Shown: positions 38,354 to 48,523 of the stretch, one piece after another
Position numbering within the stretch: the stretch's first letter is position 1
Layout: each line of letters starts with the position of its first letter
Notes under the pieces: model-generated
Told to the model about the DNA's origin: nothing
Databases searched by the model: none
The model's input: the letters and a program-made list of their open reading frames with translations, nothing else
Position numbers and translations under genes: made by a program
Origin: an uncultured Bacteroidales bacterium
GTDB taxonomy: Bacteria > Bacteroidota > Bacteroidia > Bacteroidales > UBA932
DNA: 64,000 nt
NCBI GenBank assembly: GCA_944326335.1
Contig: CALVDM010000011.1
Span: 1,746 to 65,745 of the forward strand
Direction of reading: 5' to 3'

Positions 38354-38536
38354 CTACTCGGCGCTCTTCTGGATTATCTGGCGACCTCTATAGTAGCCGC
38401 ACTCCGGGCAGACTCTGTGATACAATACAGTCGCACCGCAATTTGAACATGTAGCCAATGTCGGGACTACAGCCTTGTCATGCGTTCTTCTCTTGTCTCT
38501 TCTCTGCTTTGAGACTTTGTGTTTCGGATGTGCCAT
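38354..38536 (-). CDS. rpmF: 50S ribosomal protein L32
   Basis: [19 protein letters not shown]; CxxC...CxxC. Confidence 0.96.
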   Translation of the reverse strand: MAHPKHKVSKQRRDKRRTHDKAVVPTLATCSNCGATVLYHRVCPECGYYRGRQIIQKSAE

Positions 38537-38565
38537 TTTCTGTTTCTATTTTTAATTTTTCACTT

Positions 38566-39099
38566 TCAACTGTTGAAAATACCGTTCAGGACCGAGAAAG
38601 GACTTTCCTCAGAGCCTCCGTCACCGCCGGGGAGCGTTATCCCCGACTTGAGATATCCGAGCATCTCCTTGTTGCAGCCACCCTCCGGATGCATCCTTCT
38701 TGCAGGAAGCGACAGGCAGACGTAGTCATACACCACCTGCGACATGTCATATTCCGGAACGGCTTCCTCCAGCGTCACGACCTCCCGCTCTCCTTCATCT
38801 TCTTCCTTGTCGTCCCCGGATACATTCCCGAACCTTATCCTGAGCCCTGCCGACACATCGACAGGAATGCTGACAAGGTCGAGACACCGGTCGCATGGCA
38901 CCGATATGCTGCCTTCCGCAAGGCAGTCGACCAGCACTGACGACCCGGATTTCCATGCCTCCAAAGTCACCTGCAGCGACGCGTCGGAAATCTCGGTATT
39001 TCCAAATTTTTCAAAAAACTCTTTCCCGACATGCAAGCCGGACTTCCACTTCTCATGGGCCAATCCATTTAGAGGTATTGCAAATCCATCTCTTTCCAT
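38566..39099 (-). CDS. YceD/DUF177 family protein
   Basis: VPCDRCLD, LSLPARRMHPEGGC; directly upstream of rpmF. Confidence 0.88.
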   Translation of the reverse strand: MERDGFAIPLNGLAHEKWKSGLHVGKEFFEKFGNTEISDASLQVTLEAWKSGSSVLVDCLAEGSISVPCDRCLDLVSIPVDVSAGLRIRFGNVSGDDKEEDEGEREVVTLEEAVPEYDMSQVVYDYVCLSLPARRMHPEGGCNKEMLGYLKSGITLPGGDGGSEESPFSVLNGIFNS

Positions 39100-39123
39100 A
39101 ACCCGTAAATAGATTTGAGCGTG

Positions 39124-39131
39124 CAAAGATA
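39124..39131 (-). promoter_or_regulatory. -7 box for yceD-rpmF
   Basis: CAAAGATA on + reads TATCTTTG on -. Confidence 0.6.
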
Positions 39132-39149
39132 TAAATTATTTTTATAAAA

Positions 39150-40952
39150 TCAATCCAAATTTCCGCTTTTTCTTTTCCTTTCTATTTCATCAAGAATTAT
39201 CTTCCTGATTCTCATGGATTTAGGTGTTACCTCAACAAGTTCATCCTCCTGGATATATTCAAGAGCCTCCTCGAGTGAAAATTCGACAGGAGGAGGAAGC
39301 ATGACCTTGTCGTCGCTTCCGGACGCCCTCATGTTGGTCAGCTTCTTGGTCTTGCATATATTTATGTTGAGATCCCTTTCGCGTGTATGCTCGCCTACGA
39401 CCTGCCCCGCATATATCTCATCCCCCGGACGGACGAAGAAACGGCCCCTGTCCTGGAGCTTGTCCATGGAATACGCGACGGCTACTCCGGTCTCGAGGGA
39501 GACGAGCGACCCGTTCGTCCTGTTCTCTATCTCTCCCTTGTACGGTTCATAGTCCTTGAACCTGTGCGCCACCACTGCTTCTCCCTGTGTGGCGGTGAGG
39601 AGATTACTCCGCAGTCCCATGAGTCCCCTTGCCGGTATGTCGAAATCAAGATGTGTGCGGTCCCCTTTCGTATCCATGTGGATAAGCGCACCCTTCCTTC
39701 TGGTCGATATCTCGATGGCCTTTCCGACAAACTCCTCCGGCACTTCTATGGTAAGGTTCTCGATAGGCTCGCACCTCTGGCCGTTGATTGTCTTGTCCAG
39801 GACTTTCGGCTGCCCCACCTGAAGCTCGAAGCCTTCCCGCCTCATGGTCTCGATGAGGACTGAAAGATGAAGCACTCCCCTGCCGTAAACTATGAACGAA
39901 TCGGCATTCGGCCCCGGCTTTACCCTCAGGGCAAGGTTCTTCTCAAGCTCCTTCTCGAGACGTTCCTTCAGGTGGCGCGATGTCACGAACTTGCCTTCCC
40001 TCCCGAAGAACGGAGAATTGTTTATGCAGAAGAGCATGCTCATTGTCGGTTCGTCCACTTCGATAGGCGGAAGCGGTTCCGGGTTCTCGAAGTCGGCGAC
40101 GGTGTCACCTATCTCGAAGCCCTCGAGTCCCACCACGGCGCAGATGTCTCCGCACTGCACCGTATCCACCCTGGTCTTGCCGAGCCCGTCGAACACCATC
40201 AGGTCGCGTATCTTCTGTTTCTGCACAATGTCGTATCTCTTGCAGAGGCTGATGTTCATCCCGGCCTTCAGTTCGCCCCTCGTCACCCTTCCAATGGCGA
40301 TACGGCCGACATACGGAGAGTATTCAAGAGAAGATATGAGCATCTGCGGAGTGCCGGGATTATGTGCCGGGGCGGGAATCTCCTCGAGAATCGTGTCGAG
40401 CAGCGGTGTTATGTCAGTAGTCGGCTTCCTCCAGTCGTAAGACATCCATCCCTGCTTGGCACTGCCGTAGAGGGTCTTGAAATCGAGCTGGTCGTCATTT
40501 GCGTCGAGAGAGAACATAAGGTCGAACACCTCTTCCTGCACCTCGTCTGGGCGGCAGTTCTGCTTGTCCACCTTGTTCACGACGACTATCGGCTTCTTCC
40601 CCAGTTCTATGGCTTTCTGGAGCACGAACCTCGTCTGCGGCATGCACCCTTCGAATGCATCCACAAGCAGTATCACTCCGTCAGCCATGTTGAGGACGCG
40701 TTCCACCTCACCTCCGAAATCGCTGTGTCCCGGAGTGTCTATGATATTTATCTTGACACCTTTGTATGGCACCGACACGTTCTTGGCAAGAATGGTTATG
40801 CCTCTCTCCCTCTCGAGGTCGTTGTTGTCGAGAATCAGCTCCCCGAGCTTCTCCTGCTCCCTCGCCTGCCTGGCCTGGTATATCATCCTGTCGACAAGGG
40901 TAGTCTTGCCGTGATCGACGTGTGCAATTATTGCAATGTTTCTAATATCCAT
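39150..40952 (-). CDS. typA: translational GTPase TypA/BipA
   Basis: IAHVDHGKTTLVD, RERGITI, DTPGHSDF, NKVD, KKLTNMRASGSD. Confidence 0.97.
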   Translation of the reverse strand: MDIRNIAIIAHVDHGKTTLVDRMIYQARQAREQEKLGELILDNNDLERERGITILAKNVSVPYKGVKINIIDTPGHSDFGGEVERVLNMADGVILLVDAFEGCMPQTRFVLQKAIELGKKPIVVVNKVDKQNCRPDEVQEEVFDLMFSLDANDDQLDFKTLYGSAKQGWMSYDWRKPTTDITPLLDTILEEIPAPAHNPGTPQMLISSLEYSPYVGRIAIGRVTRGELKAGMNISLCKRYDIVQKQKIRDLMVFDGLGKTRVDTVQCGDICAVVGLEGFEIGDTVADFENPEPLPPIEVDEPTMSMLFCINNSPFFGREGKFVTSRHLKERLEKELEKNLALRVKPGPNADSFIVYGRGVLHLSVLIETMRREGFELQVGQPKVLDKTINGQRCEPIENLTIEVPEEFVGKAIEISTRRKGALIHMDTKGDRTHLDFDIPARGLMGLRSNLLTATQGEAVVAHRFKDYEPYKGEIENRTNGSLVSLETGVAVAYSMDKLQDRGRFFVRPGDEIYAGQVVGEHTRERDLNINICKTKKLTNMRASGSDDKVMLPPPVEFSLEEALEYIQEDELVEVTPKSMRIRKIILDEIERKRKSGNLD

Positions 40953-40975
40953 ATAGTTAGTTGAAAAAAGGACTG

Positions 40976-41024
40976 CAAAAGTAGAAAATTCTACAAAGAA
41001 AACGAAGTTTTTATATTATTTTTG
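40976..41024. promoter_or_regulatory. divergent -7 boxes for typA (-) and guaA (+)
   Basis: TACTTTTG on - (40976-40983) and TATTTTTG on + (41017-41024). Confidence 0.6.
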
Positions 41025-41042
41025 CGGCAAACTCATCTGTAA

Positions 41043-42620
41043 ATGGCTGAAAAAATCATCATCCTCGACTTCGGGTCGCAGGTCACGCAGCTCATAGGGC
41101 GCAGACTCAGGGAACTGAATGTCTATTGTGAAATATATCCTTTCAACAAGATACCGGCAATCGACGCTACGGTCAAGGGAGTGATACTCTCTGGCAGCCC
41201 GTTCTCCGTACGGGACGCGAATGCCCCGAAGGCGGATATCAGCGGCATAAAAGGCCGTCTTCCGCTGCTCGGAATATGCTACGGAGCGCAGTTCCTGGCC
41301 CAGAGATACGGCGGGGAGGTCGATGCGTCCACAGCCAGGGAATACGGGAGGGCCATGCTCGAAGTTATCGACAACGACTCCCCTCTCCTGAAAGGCGTGG
41401 AGAAGCGTTCACAGGTTTGGATGTCGCACGGGGACACCATCACGAAACTGCCGGAAGGCGGTGAAATCATAGCTTCCACGGATGACGTGAAGAACGCGGC
41501 ATACCGCATCTGCGGGGAGGATACATACGCCGTACAGTTCCACCCGGAAGTCTACCACACCACCGAAGGGATGAAGATACTGTCAAACTTCGCCCTCGGC
41601 ATCTGCGGATGCAAGGGAGACTGGACTCCAGCCTCGTTCATTGACACCACTATAGCCGGGCTTAAGGAGAAGCTCGGCAACGACAAGGTCATACTCGGGC
41701 TCAGCGGAGGGGTTGACTCCACAGTGGCGGCCGTCCTGCTCAACAGGGCGATAGGCCATAACCTCACATGCATATTCGTGAACAACGGCCTGCTGAGGAA
41801 GAATGAATTCGAGGACGTGCTGGCATCGTACAAGGACATGGGGCTCAATGTAATAGGCGCTGATGCGTCCGCGGCGTTCATCAGAGAACTCAAAGGTGTC
41901 ACCGAACCCGAACGGAAACGTAAGGTGATCGGAAGACTTTTCATCGAAACTTTCGACGAGTATGCGCAGAAAATAGAAAACGCGAAATGGCTCGCCCAGG
42001 GCACGATTTATCCGGATGTGATAGAGTCGGCATCGGTGAACGGGCCGTCCTCCACGATAAAGTCCCACCACAACGTGGGAGGGCTTCCGGAAAAGATGAA
42101 CCTGAAGATAGTGGAGCCGCTCAGGTCCCTGTTCAAGGATGAGGTCAGGAGAGTCGGACGGGCTCTCGGCATAAAGGACGAACTCATAGGCAGGCATCCG
42201 TTCCCGGGGCCGTCGCTCGGCATAAGGATTCTCGGGGAAGTCACCGAGGAGAAACTGGCCATACTCAGGGAAGCCGACGACATCTTCATCCGCGGACTCA
42301 GGGAATACAAAATCGACGGAGTGCCTTCCGCATCGGACCCTTCAGTGACGGCAGACAATCTCTACGATTCGATATGGCAGGCGGGGGCTATTCTGCTCCC
42401 GGTAAAGAGCGTCGGCGTGATGGGTGACGAACGCACATACGAATATACCATAGCCCTGAGGGCTGTCATCTCCACGGACGGGATGACGGCGGACTGGGTC
42501 CATCTGCCGTACGACTTCCTCGCCCGCGTCAGCAATGACATCATAAACAAGGTGCGCGGAGTCAACCGCGTAGTCTACGACATCAGTTCCAAACCGCCTG
42601 CAACCATAGAGTGGGAATAA
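41043..42620 (+). CDS. guaA: GMP synthase (glutamine-hydrolysing)
   Basis: [44 protein letters not shown]. Confidence 0.97.
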   Translation: MAEKIIILDFGSQVTQLIGRRLRELNVYCEIYPFNKIPAIDATVKGVILSGSPFSVRDANAPKADISGIKGRLPLLGICYGAQFLAQRYGGEVDASTAREYGRAMLEVIDNDSPLLKGVEKRSQVWMSHGDTITKLPEGGEIIASTDDVKNAAYRICGEDTYAVQFHPEVYHTTEGMKILSNFALGICGCKGDWTPASFIDTTIAGLKEKLGNDKVILGLSGGVDSTVAAVLLNRAIGHNLTCIFVNNGLLRKNEFEDVLASYKDMGLNVIGADASAAFIRELKGVTEPERKRKVIGRLFIETFDEYAQKIENAKWLAQGTIYPDVIESASVNGPSSTIKSHHNVGGLPEKMNLKIVEPLRSLFKDEVRRVGRALGIKDELIGRHPFPGPSLGIRILGEVTEEKLAILREADDIFIRGLREYKIDGVPSASDPSVTADNLYDSIWQAGAILLPVKSVGVMGDERTYEYTIALRAVISTDGMTADWVHLPYDFLARVSNDIINKVRGVNRVVYDISSKPPATIEWE

Positions 42621-42624
42621 CATG

Positions 42625-43824
42625 CTAATCCGCCAAAGCGGAGGCACACCAGAGAATCGGAGCGAGACCATGGACATCTCCGGTCAGTTTCTTTCTCTGG
42701 CGGTAATGTTCGCTGTCGCTTCCGAGCATCGTGCCCTCGCAGACTCCGGAAACCATGCCGTCGCAGTCTACTGTCCCGCAGAGAGCCAGCCAGGCTTTTC
42801 TGGCAGCCTGCGCATAGGAAATGTCATTCAGCCAGCCGTGCTGCACTCCGACAATCATGGCATAGGCGAACATCGCGGTTCCGGAAGTCTCGTCCCACAT
42901 AGTCCCGTCATCCACCACCTGTCTCCACATTCCTGTGGAATTCTGGTATGCGAGCAAGGTTGACATCATTTTCAGATAGCCGTCCATAATCTCATCCCTG
43001 TATGGAGAATCTTCAGGCAACATACGCAAGATTTCAGCCATGCCTACAGCCATCCAGCCGTTCCCCCGGCTCCAGGCAAACGGGGCTCCAGGACCATGAT
43101 CAAAAAGACCCGATGGCTTCTGCATTTCTTTTAAATACAGGACCATCTCTCTCGCCGCCCTATCTATGTACTTTCTGTCACCGGTCACGCGGTAAGCCTG
43201 AGACTGTACGGCTGTAATCATGAACATGTCGTCTAACCAGAAGCGTGTCTGCCATGAATACCCCTTGTCGGCCCACTCCTTTTGAGGAGCCAGGAACAGT
43301 CCGGCATCCTGGAAATCCCCATAAATGGCGCTTTTCTGCACATGCGCGGAATCAAGTGACCAACCCTCCGGCAAAATCCACTGGCTGTCAGCGTACATCA
43401 TACCCAGATCCCTGTACTCCGGTTTACCTGTAATCAGGAACAGTTCCAGGGGAACAGTCCCGAAAACATTGTTGTCAACATGATCCGGTTTCGGGAGCAG
43501 GTACGAAAGAGAATCGAGGAGGGGGTCGAACTTTTCTGTCAGCTGTTTTTCAAGCTCCTTATTCCCAGTCTTTTCCGCAAAGCGAAGCCCGCCTATCCAG
43601 GCGCAGACGTCAGGATAAGTCACCTGGGTTCTCGGCTCATTTACCCTGAGAGGGCTCCCGTACTGGGAAAACGGGTCTGCTATGAATTTTTCCGTCAGGA
43701 CCATCCCTATCTTATCCGGAGAAGCATTCTCCGGGAAAGACTTCAGCAAATCCTCCGATTTCCCGGCATTGCAGGAAAATGCCAGGACAAGGCAGACGGA
43801 TGAAACAAGTATTTCAGCACGCAT
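42625..43824 (-). CDS. GH105 (GH88/105) unsaturated uronyl hydrolase, lipoprotein
   Basis: WLDDMFM, GLFDHG, WSRGNGW, GMWRQV, ETSGTAMFAY; LAFSC lipobox. Confidence 0.88.
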   Translation of the reverse strand: MRAEILVSSVCLVLAFSCNAGKSEDLLKSFPENASPDKIGMVLTEKFIADPFSQYGSPLRVNEPRTQVTYPDVCAWIGGLRFAEKTGNKELEKQLTEKFDPLLDSLSYLLPKPDHVDNNVFGTVPLELFLITGKPEYRDLGMMYADSQWILPEGWSLDSAHVQKSAIYGDFQDAGLFLAPQKEWADKGYSWQTRFWLDDMFMITAVQSQAYRVTGDRKYIDRAAREMVLYLKEMQKPSGLFDHGPGAPFAWSRGNGWMAVGMAEILRMLPEDSPYRDEIMDGYLKMMSTLLAYQNSTGMWRQVVDDGTMWDETSGTAMFAYAMIVGVQHGWLNDISYAQAARKAWLALCGTVDCDGMVSGVCEGTMLGSDSEHYRQRKKLTGDVHGLAPILWCASALAD

Positions 43825-43862
43825 TCAAACTATGATTTTAAATTAATATATAAAACGACACA

Positions 43863-46800
43863 CTAATCAGGATAATATTCGGCAGGGCTCATGTCCTGAT
43901 AAACATACGGCGGCATCCAGAACGCAGAGCGGCGCTTGAACTTCAGTTCAGTATCCGGATACCAGTTAGCCCATGATCCGGGGTCTGCCGACACAGAAAG
44001 CGACGGTATGCTTTCACCCCTGCCGTTGACGGCAGTCACATAATACTCGGGAGCGTTCACGCAATCCCGGTACAGACGGATATCGTCCGGAATACCGGCA
44101 CAAGCCTTGAGTCCCGGATCATAATCCGTATAACTGTTCGCAAAACCTTCATATATCATTTCGTATTTCGAAGAACCTGCGGTTTTTTTGTACACCCGAT
44201 AGACCCTGACCCCGAGAACTTTTCCCCAGTCCAGCAAGGCACAGCCGTCAGAAAGTTTCAGACGAAAGCCCTCAGGGCAGTGCGGAGCCTTGTCTTCAAC
44301 ATAAACCGGATATTCCGAAGCCTCGGAAGCCCTGACATCCCCGTTTACCGAAACCGCACGCACATGATATTTTCCCTTTTTCAGGCCGGACAGCACGTAT
44401 ATACTGTCTGTTGTCTTTCCGGCAGTTTTCCACGAAGTGCCGCCGTCCTGCGAAATCTCCACGATTACCTCCTGCTGAGTAGCCGGCTTTTTCAGAAAAA
44501 GCGTCGCCCCTCTTTTCTGATGCTCCGTAGCCTCTATCATCGAAGGCATAGGCATCTGTGTCCCCTCCGTATATTCTATGATATGCCTGCCTTCGGGCAA
44601 TATCAGTTTCTCCCCGGCCGTTGCAGCCTCTCTGCCGTCGATATAATATCTTCCATTGTGCAATCCTTTGATTTCCAGTACAGCTCTGCCGTAGCTCGAA
44701 TATTTTCCCACCGCATATACCGGACTTCTGAAATTCATCGCCACTGCACAGTCCGAATCGGACGAAAGTTTCATCGAAACTCTGCCATAACTTATTTCCT
44801 CTCCTTCGAAAATTGCCAGATGGATGGAGCCGTCATTCATACGTCTTGCTACTCCTGCCTTTCCCGAGAACGAATAATTCGCTCCCGCGCATTCTATCTT
44901 CTTCCCGGAGCGGAAAACCACATCCCTGCCCTTGGCAGTTTCTATCTGCCAGACTCCGTCATAATGCACCGCATTCCTGTCAGGTTTGTACTCGAAAACA
45001 GGCTCGGAAGGCATGACAGGAGATCTGACCAAATCTCCGTCTGAAACGGAAATATCGTTTCTGTGTGAGACAAGTGTCAGCTGAGAGCCTACGGCATCAC
45101 GGTAAAAACCGTGGGAATTAGCGGTAGCCGCTGTAGACCAGTGGTCCTTTCTGGCATTGTTCCCAAAGAAAATTATGGTCGGAAGAGCATCTTCGTTGTG
45201 CACGAACCAGGAAAACCTGTTGCTTGCACGCCAGTTGGTACCTGTTTCATCGAAGATAAGGAAATAGTCCGTGCCTACGAGCATTATGCTCCGGCCCACA
45301 TATTCAGGCCATGACGAATACGGAGAAGTCTCGTCGGAACGGATTTGGGCGAACTGGGCTATATCCAGATCATACAGAGGACATTTCAATTCGTTGTAGC
45401 CGACAGTCCTGAAATCACCGTTTTTCATGACTCCGAAATTGCAGACATTGTCCAGATTGTTCTGGATATGGTCTCCGGCGGACTCGTTTTCATGTCCGGA
45501 CCAGATTTTCCCGGAAGCGTAGAAGTAGATCCCTCCGGAGTTTCCCTCTCCCTGATTTCCCCAGCGATAGTTAGGTCCCTTGTCCACCTGATCGAGATGG
45601 ATGGAAAGCTCTTCCGGAGTGCCGACTCCTGCTCTGAGAACTATTCCATGACCGGTATATTTTGTACTTTTCAGATGAGGATTAGTACCGCAGTTCCTGT
45701 CATCGCAAAGTGAAGAGAAGACATAGTCCCAGTTGCTGTCATACGGTTTCCCCTCAGGTGCGACTCCCATTCTGTTCGCCCAGTGAAGATACTCCGCCGT
45801 CATAGGGTCATAGTTTTCGAGAAACGAGCCAAGCTGATATACATACGAGAACTGCGGCACGAATCTGCCTCCGCCATGCGCTCCATGCGGAGGATATACC
45901 CTCTGGAGATGTCTGTCGGGCCAGGATGCGGTAATGACCGAGACGGGGGCTGTAAGCATATCCACCATCCACCGGCCACGTTCGGCCATATATGGATTAG
46001 CTACAGCGTTCCTGCCGAATTCGGACATCAGGGACAGGTTGGCCGCAGTGACAGGCTTCAGATACGCCCAGTTATAGATGCCGAGACTTTCCGTCCACCG
46101 ACCTCCCTCTGACTCGTAGGCCGGGACATCGGGACGGGTGTAGAACAGGCCGTACAGTTCAAGGCTTTTCCTGAAATAGGCTTCCCATACCGGAGACATC
46201 GGGTGTTCCGGGAAAAGGGCGGCATCCACTCCGGTCATCGACCAGCCGTCGGCAGCCATATTCGGAGTACCGGCTATGGACGTCCTCAGGGCATTCATGG
46301 CTTCGGTCATATTCACGTAACCTGCCAGCAGGAAAAGAGCCTCCGCCTGCCTCCTGTCGGTCTCGTCCAGTTCGTAGAGGTAATCCAGATATTCCTGCAC
46401 ATACCGTCCGTACACCGGTCTGTGCTCTATGGAATGCACTCCGGGATATGAATTCAGACCTGCCATGTAATACGCCATGGCCGATGAACGCATTTCTTTT
46501 ATGAAGCCGTCCAATGAGCTTCTGCCGACCTCGGTCTTGTACGGAATATCGGCTCTGCGGGCATCCAGAGGATATTCCAGGATCCAGTCCTTGACCTTGT
46601 CCAAGTTCAGCAGGGCATATCGGCTGTGCAGCAGGTTCATATAGCGGTAAGCCGTATTCTCTCCTTTCATCGCCCCGCCGAGAGAGGTCATCGCCCTCGA
46701 AAATCCGGAGCACTCCATTTCGCCGGCACCTTTGTCATATATGGCAAGAGCTGTAGACCGCGAGCCCTCGGCCACAGGATAGGTAAAATACAGCCTGCCG

Positions 46801-47879
46801 TCCGTGTGTCTGAAATATACGCACAGATCAGGTGTCGGCTGCCATATCCCATATTGTCTGTCGTCCCAGCGGGCATGGTCGTACACGAATACTCCGAGCT
46901 CACGGGGACCGTCACCCCAAAATGATATGAGAGGGACCTGCTCCCTTACGGAATTTCCGCCGAAAGGTGTAAGTCTGAATATCATCTGCCGGGACGGATC
47001 TTCTATCGTGCCCATTCCGGTCCAGGCCGGGTCCTCCTTGCAATAGTTGGTGTATACAGGCTCATCTATCCCGTACCACGGGAATTTCTTGTCGAAAACC
47101 CTGTCCCACTGCGTCGCATACCGGTATTTCGCATCAAAATCGTCCCACCTGACTTCGAGACATACTCCGTCCTCTTTCCGAATGCCTTTCATTATCTCGT
47201 CCATGATGACAAAAGGGTAGCCGCTGACAGTTTTGGTCAGAATGGAATATTCCGCCCCGTTCCCGAACAGGCAGTCAGTCCTGCACAATATAAAAAGTTC
47301 TCCCTCTTCCACCACGGAAGTATTCACGGATACTAATTCCAGCCTGCCTGTCTTCAGGTATGCCACGGCCTTTACCGGAGTCGAAAGGTCATGCATTTCG
47401 AAAACCGTAGTACCTGCCTTTCCCATATCCGGGAAATGCATCGAAAACACTCCGTTGGATATGGCAATGCCCAATGCTGAAGTCTCTTTCCTCATACCGT
47501 CTTCCATCCTGGGCTTCGCACTGCCGGAGTACTGCAGCTTGTATACGAATCTGCCTCCTGACGGGAGTTCCGTAAAGAAATTTACCTTTCCCGATACAGT
47601 CTTCCCGTTCTCGCAAATCCTGTCGGAAATCTGAAACGGCACAGCCTTCCCGCTGATTTCATCTATGAGGCAAATATTGTCATCCGACCCGACGGCGGGA
47701 GAAAACTCCACAGGGTATGAAACCAAAGTCCTGGGCCAACTGTATGTCGGCAGGCAGATCCGGTCGGTTTTGGAGAATTCCAGCGACTCTCCTTTCCTGA
47801 GGACATCCTGCCCCGCGGAGAAAACCGGGATATAGAGAAAAGCCGCCAAGGCATAACAGATACGGAGCGGAATCTTCAT
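43863..47879 (-). CDS. secreted multidomain protein, putative novel polysaccharide lyase (heparinase II/III-like C-domain + two FN3-like domains)
   Basis: Signal peptide; GIVLRAG and RSIMLVGTDYFLIFDE...FSWFVH patterns; FN3-like YHVRAVSVNG and YYVTAVNGRGES. ORF certain, function inferred. Confidence 0.6.
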   Translation of the reverse strand: MKIPLRICYALAAFLYIPVFSAGQDVLRKGESLEFSKTDRICLPTYSWPRTLVSYPVEFSPAVGSDDNICLIDEISGKAVPFQISDRICENGKTVSGKVNFFTELPSGGRFVYKLQYSGSAKPRMEDGMRKETSALGIAISNGVFSMHFPDMGKAGTTVFEMHDLSTPVKAVAYLKTGRLELVSVNTSVVEEGELFILCRTDCLFGNGAEYSILTKTVSGYPFVIMDEIMKGIRKEDGVCLEVRWDDFDAKYRYATQWDRVFDKKFPWYGIDEPVYTNYCKEDPAWTGMGTIEDPSRQMIFRLTPFGGNSVREQVPLISFWGDGPRELGVFVYDHARWDDRQYGIWQPTPDLCVYFRHTDGRLYFTYPVAEGSRSTALAIYDKGAGEMECSGFSRAMTSLGGAMKGENTAYRYMNLLHSRYALLNLDKVKDWILEYPLDARRADIPYKTEVGRSSLDGFIKEMRSSAMAYYMAGLNSYPGVHSIEHRPVYGRYVQEYLDYLYELDETDRRQAEALFLLAGYVNMTEAMNALRTSIAGTPNMAADGWSMTGVDAALFPEHPMSPVWEAYFRKSLELYGLFYTRPDVPAYESEGGRWTESLGIYNWAYLKPVTAANLSLMSEFGRNAVANPYMAERGRWMVDMLTAPVSVITASWPDRHLQRVYPPHGAHGGGRFVPQFSYVYQLGSFLENYDPMTAEYLHWANRMGVAPEGKPYDSNWDYVFSSLCDDRNCGTNPHLKSTKYTGHGIVLRAGVGTPEELSIHLDQVDKGPNYRWGNQGEGNSGGIYFYASGKIWSGHENESAGDHIQNNLDNVCNFGVMKNGDFRTVGYNELKCPLYDLDIAQFAQIRSDETSPYSSWPEYVGRSIMLVGTDYFLIFDETGTNWRASNRFSWFVHNEDALPTIIFFGNNARKDHWSTAATANSHGFYRDAVGSQLTLVSHRNDISVSDGDLVRSPVMPSEPVFEYKPDRNAVHYDGVWQIETAKGRDVVFRSGKKIECAGANYSFSGKAGVARRMNDGSIHLAIFEGEEISYGRVSMKLSSDSDCAVAMNFRSPVYAVGKYSSYGRAVLEIKGLHNGRYYIDGREAATAGEKLILPEGRHIIEYTEGTQMPMPSMIEATEHQKRGATLFLKKPATQQEVIVEISQDGGTSWKTAGKTTDSIYVLSGLKKGKYHVRAVSVNGDVRASEASEYPVYVEDKAPHCPEGFRLKLSDGCALLDWGKVLGVRVYRVYKKTAGSSKYEMIYEGFANSYTDYDPGLKACAGIPDDIRLYRDCVNAPEYYVTAVNGRGESIPSLSVSADPGSWANWYPDTELKFKRRSAFWMPPYVYQDMSPAEYYPD

Positions 47880-47883
47880 GATA

Positions 47884-48504
47884 CTATTCTTTTACTATAC
47901 TGAAATCATCGAACCATACTGCAGCCTCGGGCACCGATATGATATTGTCGATTCTGGCCTGCAGATAGGAGATTTTTGCGGCATCTGCGGGGGCAGTGAC
48001 CGTTCCGGAGAGTTCCATCCAGTCATGCGTTCCCTTTACGGTATCTACCCAGGATGATGTCCGTTGGTCGATGCTGTTCTTTTCAGGATGTCCCGGAACC
48101 CATCCTGTCAGCCACCGGTTGGCGCTGTCCTTGAAGCCGAAACTTAGATAAAGATTGGCATTGACAGGCACATTCTCCGTCCTGACCCATACGGAAATCC
48201 TGTATGTTGCTCCAGGCTCCACTATGATGTCGCGATGCCTCCATGCCTGCCATGGCTTGAAGCCGCCGGTACAGTCGATTCCGCTGATTTTCAGAGAACC
48301 CGACCAGTCTTCGGAATGGGAGACCTCGGCATCGTATGTATAGATCTTTTCCTTTACGTAATTGTTTTCCTCGGAAGTGCTCACTCCGGCCATGAGCCAT
48401 TCGGTCACGCCGTCCACGATTCCGTTCTTGATAATATTCTCCTGTGCAGACGCCGCAGCCGCACATCCGGACAATACTGAAAGAACTAAAGCGATTTTTT
48501 TCAT
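47884..48504 (-). CDS. secreted CBM-like (CBM4/9/16-type) single-domain protein
   Basis: Signal peptide; NIIKNG, VEPGATYRISVWVRT, GTHDW, VWFDDFSI. Confidence 0.75.
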   Translation of the reverse strand: MKKIALVLSVLSGCAAAASAQENIIKNGIVDGVTEWLMAGVSTSEENNYVKEKIYTYDAEVSHSEDWSGSLKISGIDCTGGFKPWQAWRHRDIIVEPGATYRISVWVRTENVPVNANLYLSFGFKDSANRWLTGWVPGHPEKNSIDQRTSSWVDTVKGTHDWMELSGTVTAPADAAKISYLQARIDNIISVPEAAVWFDDFSIVKE

Positions 48505-48523
48505 AATACCTTGATTTTTAAGA

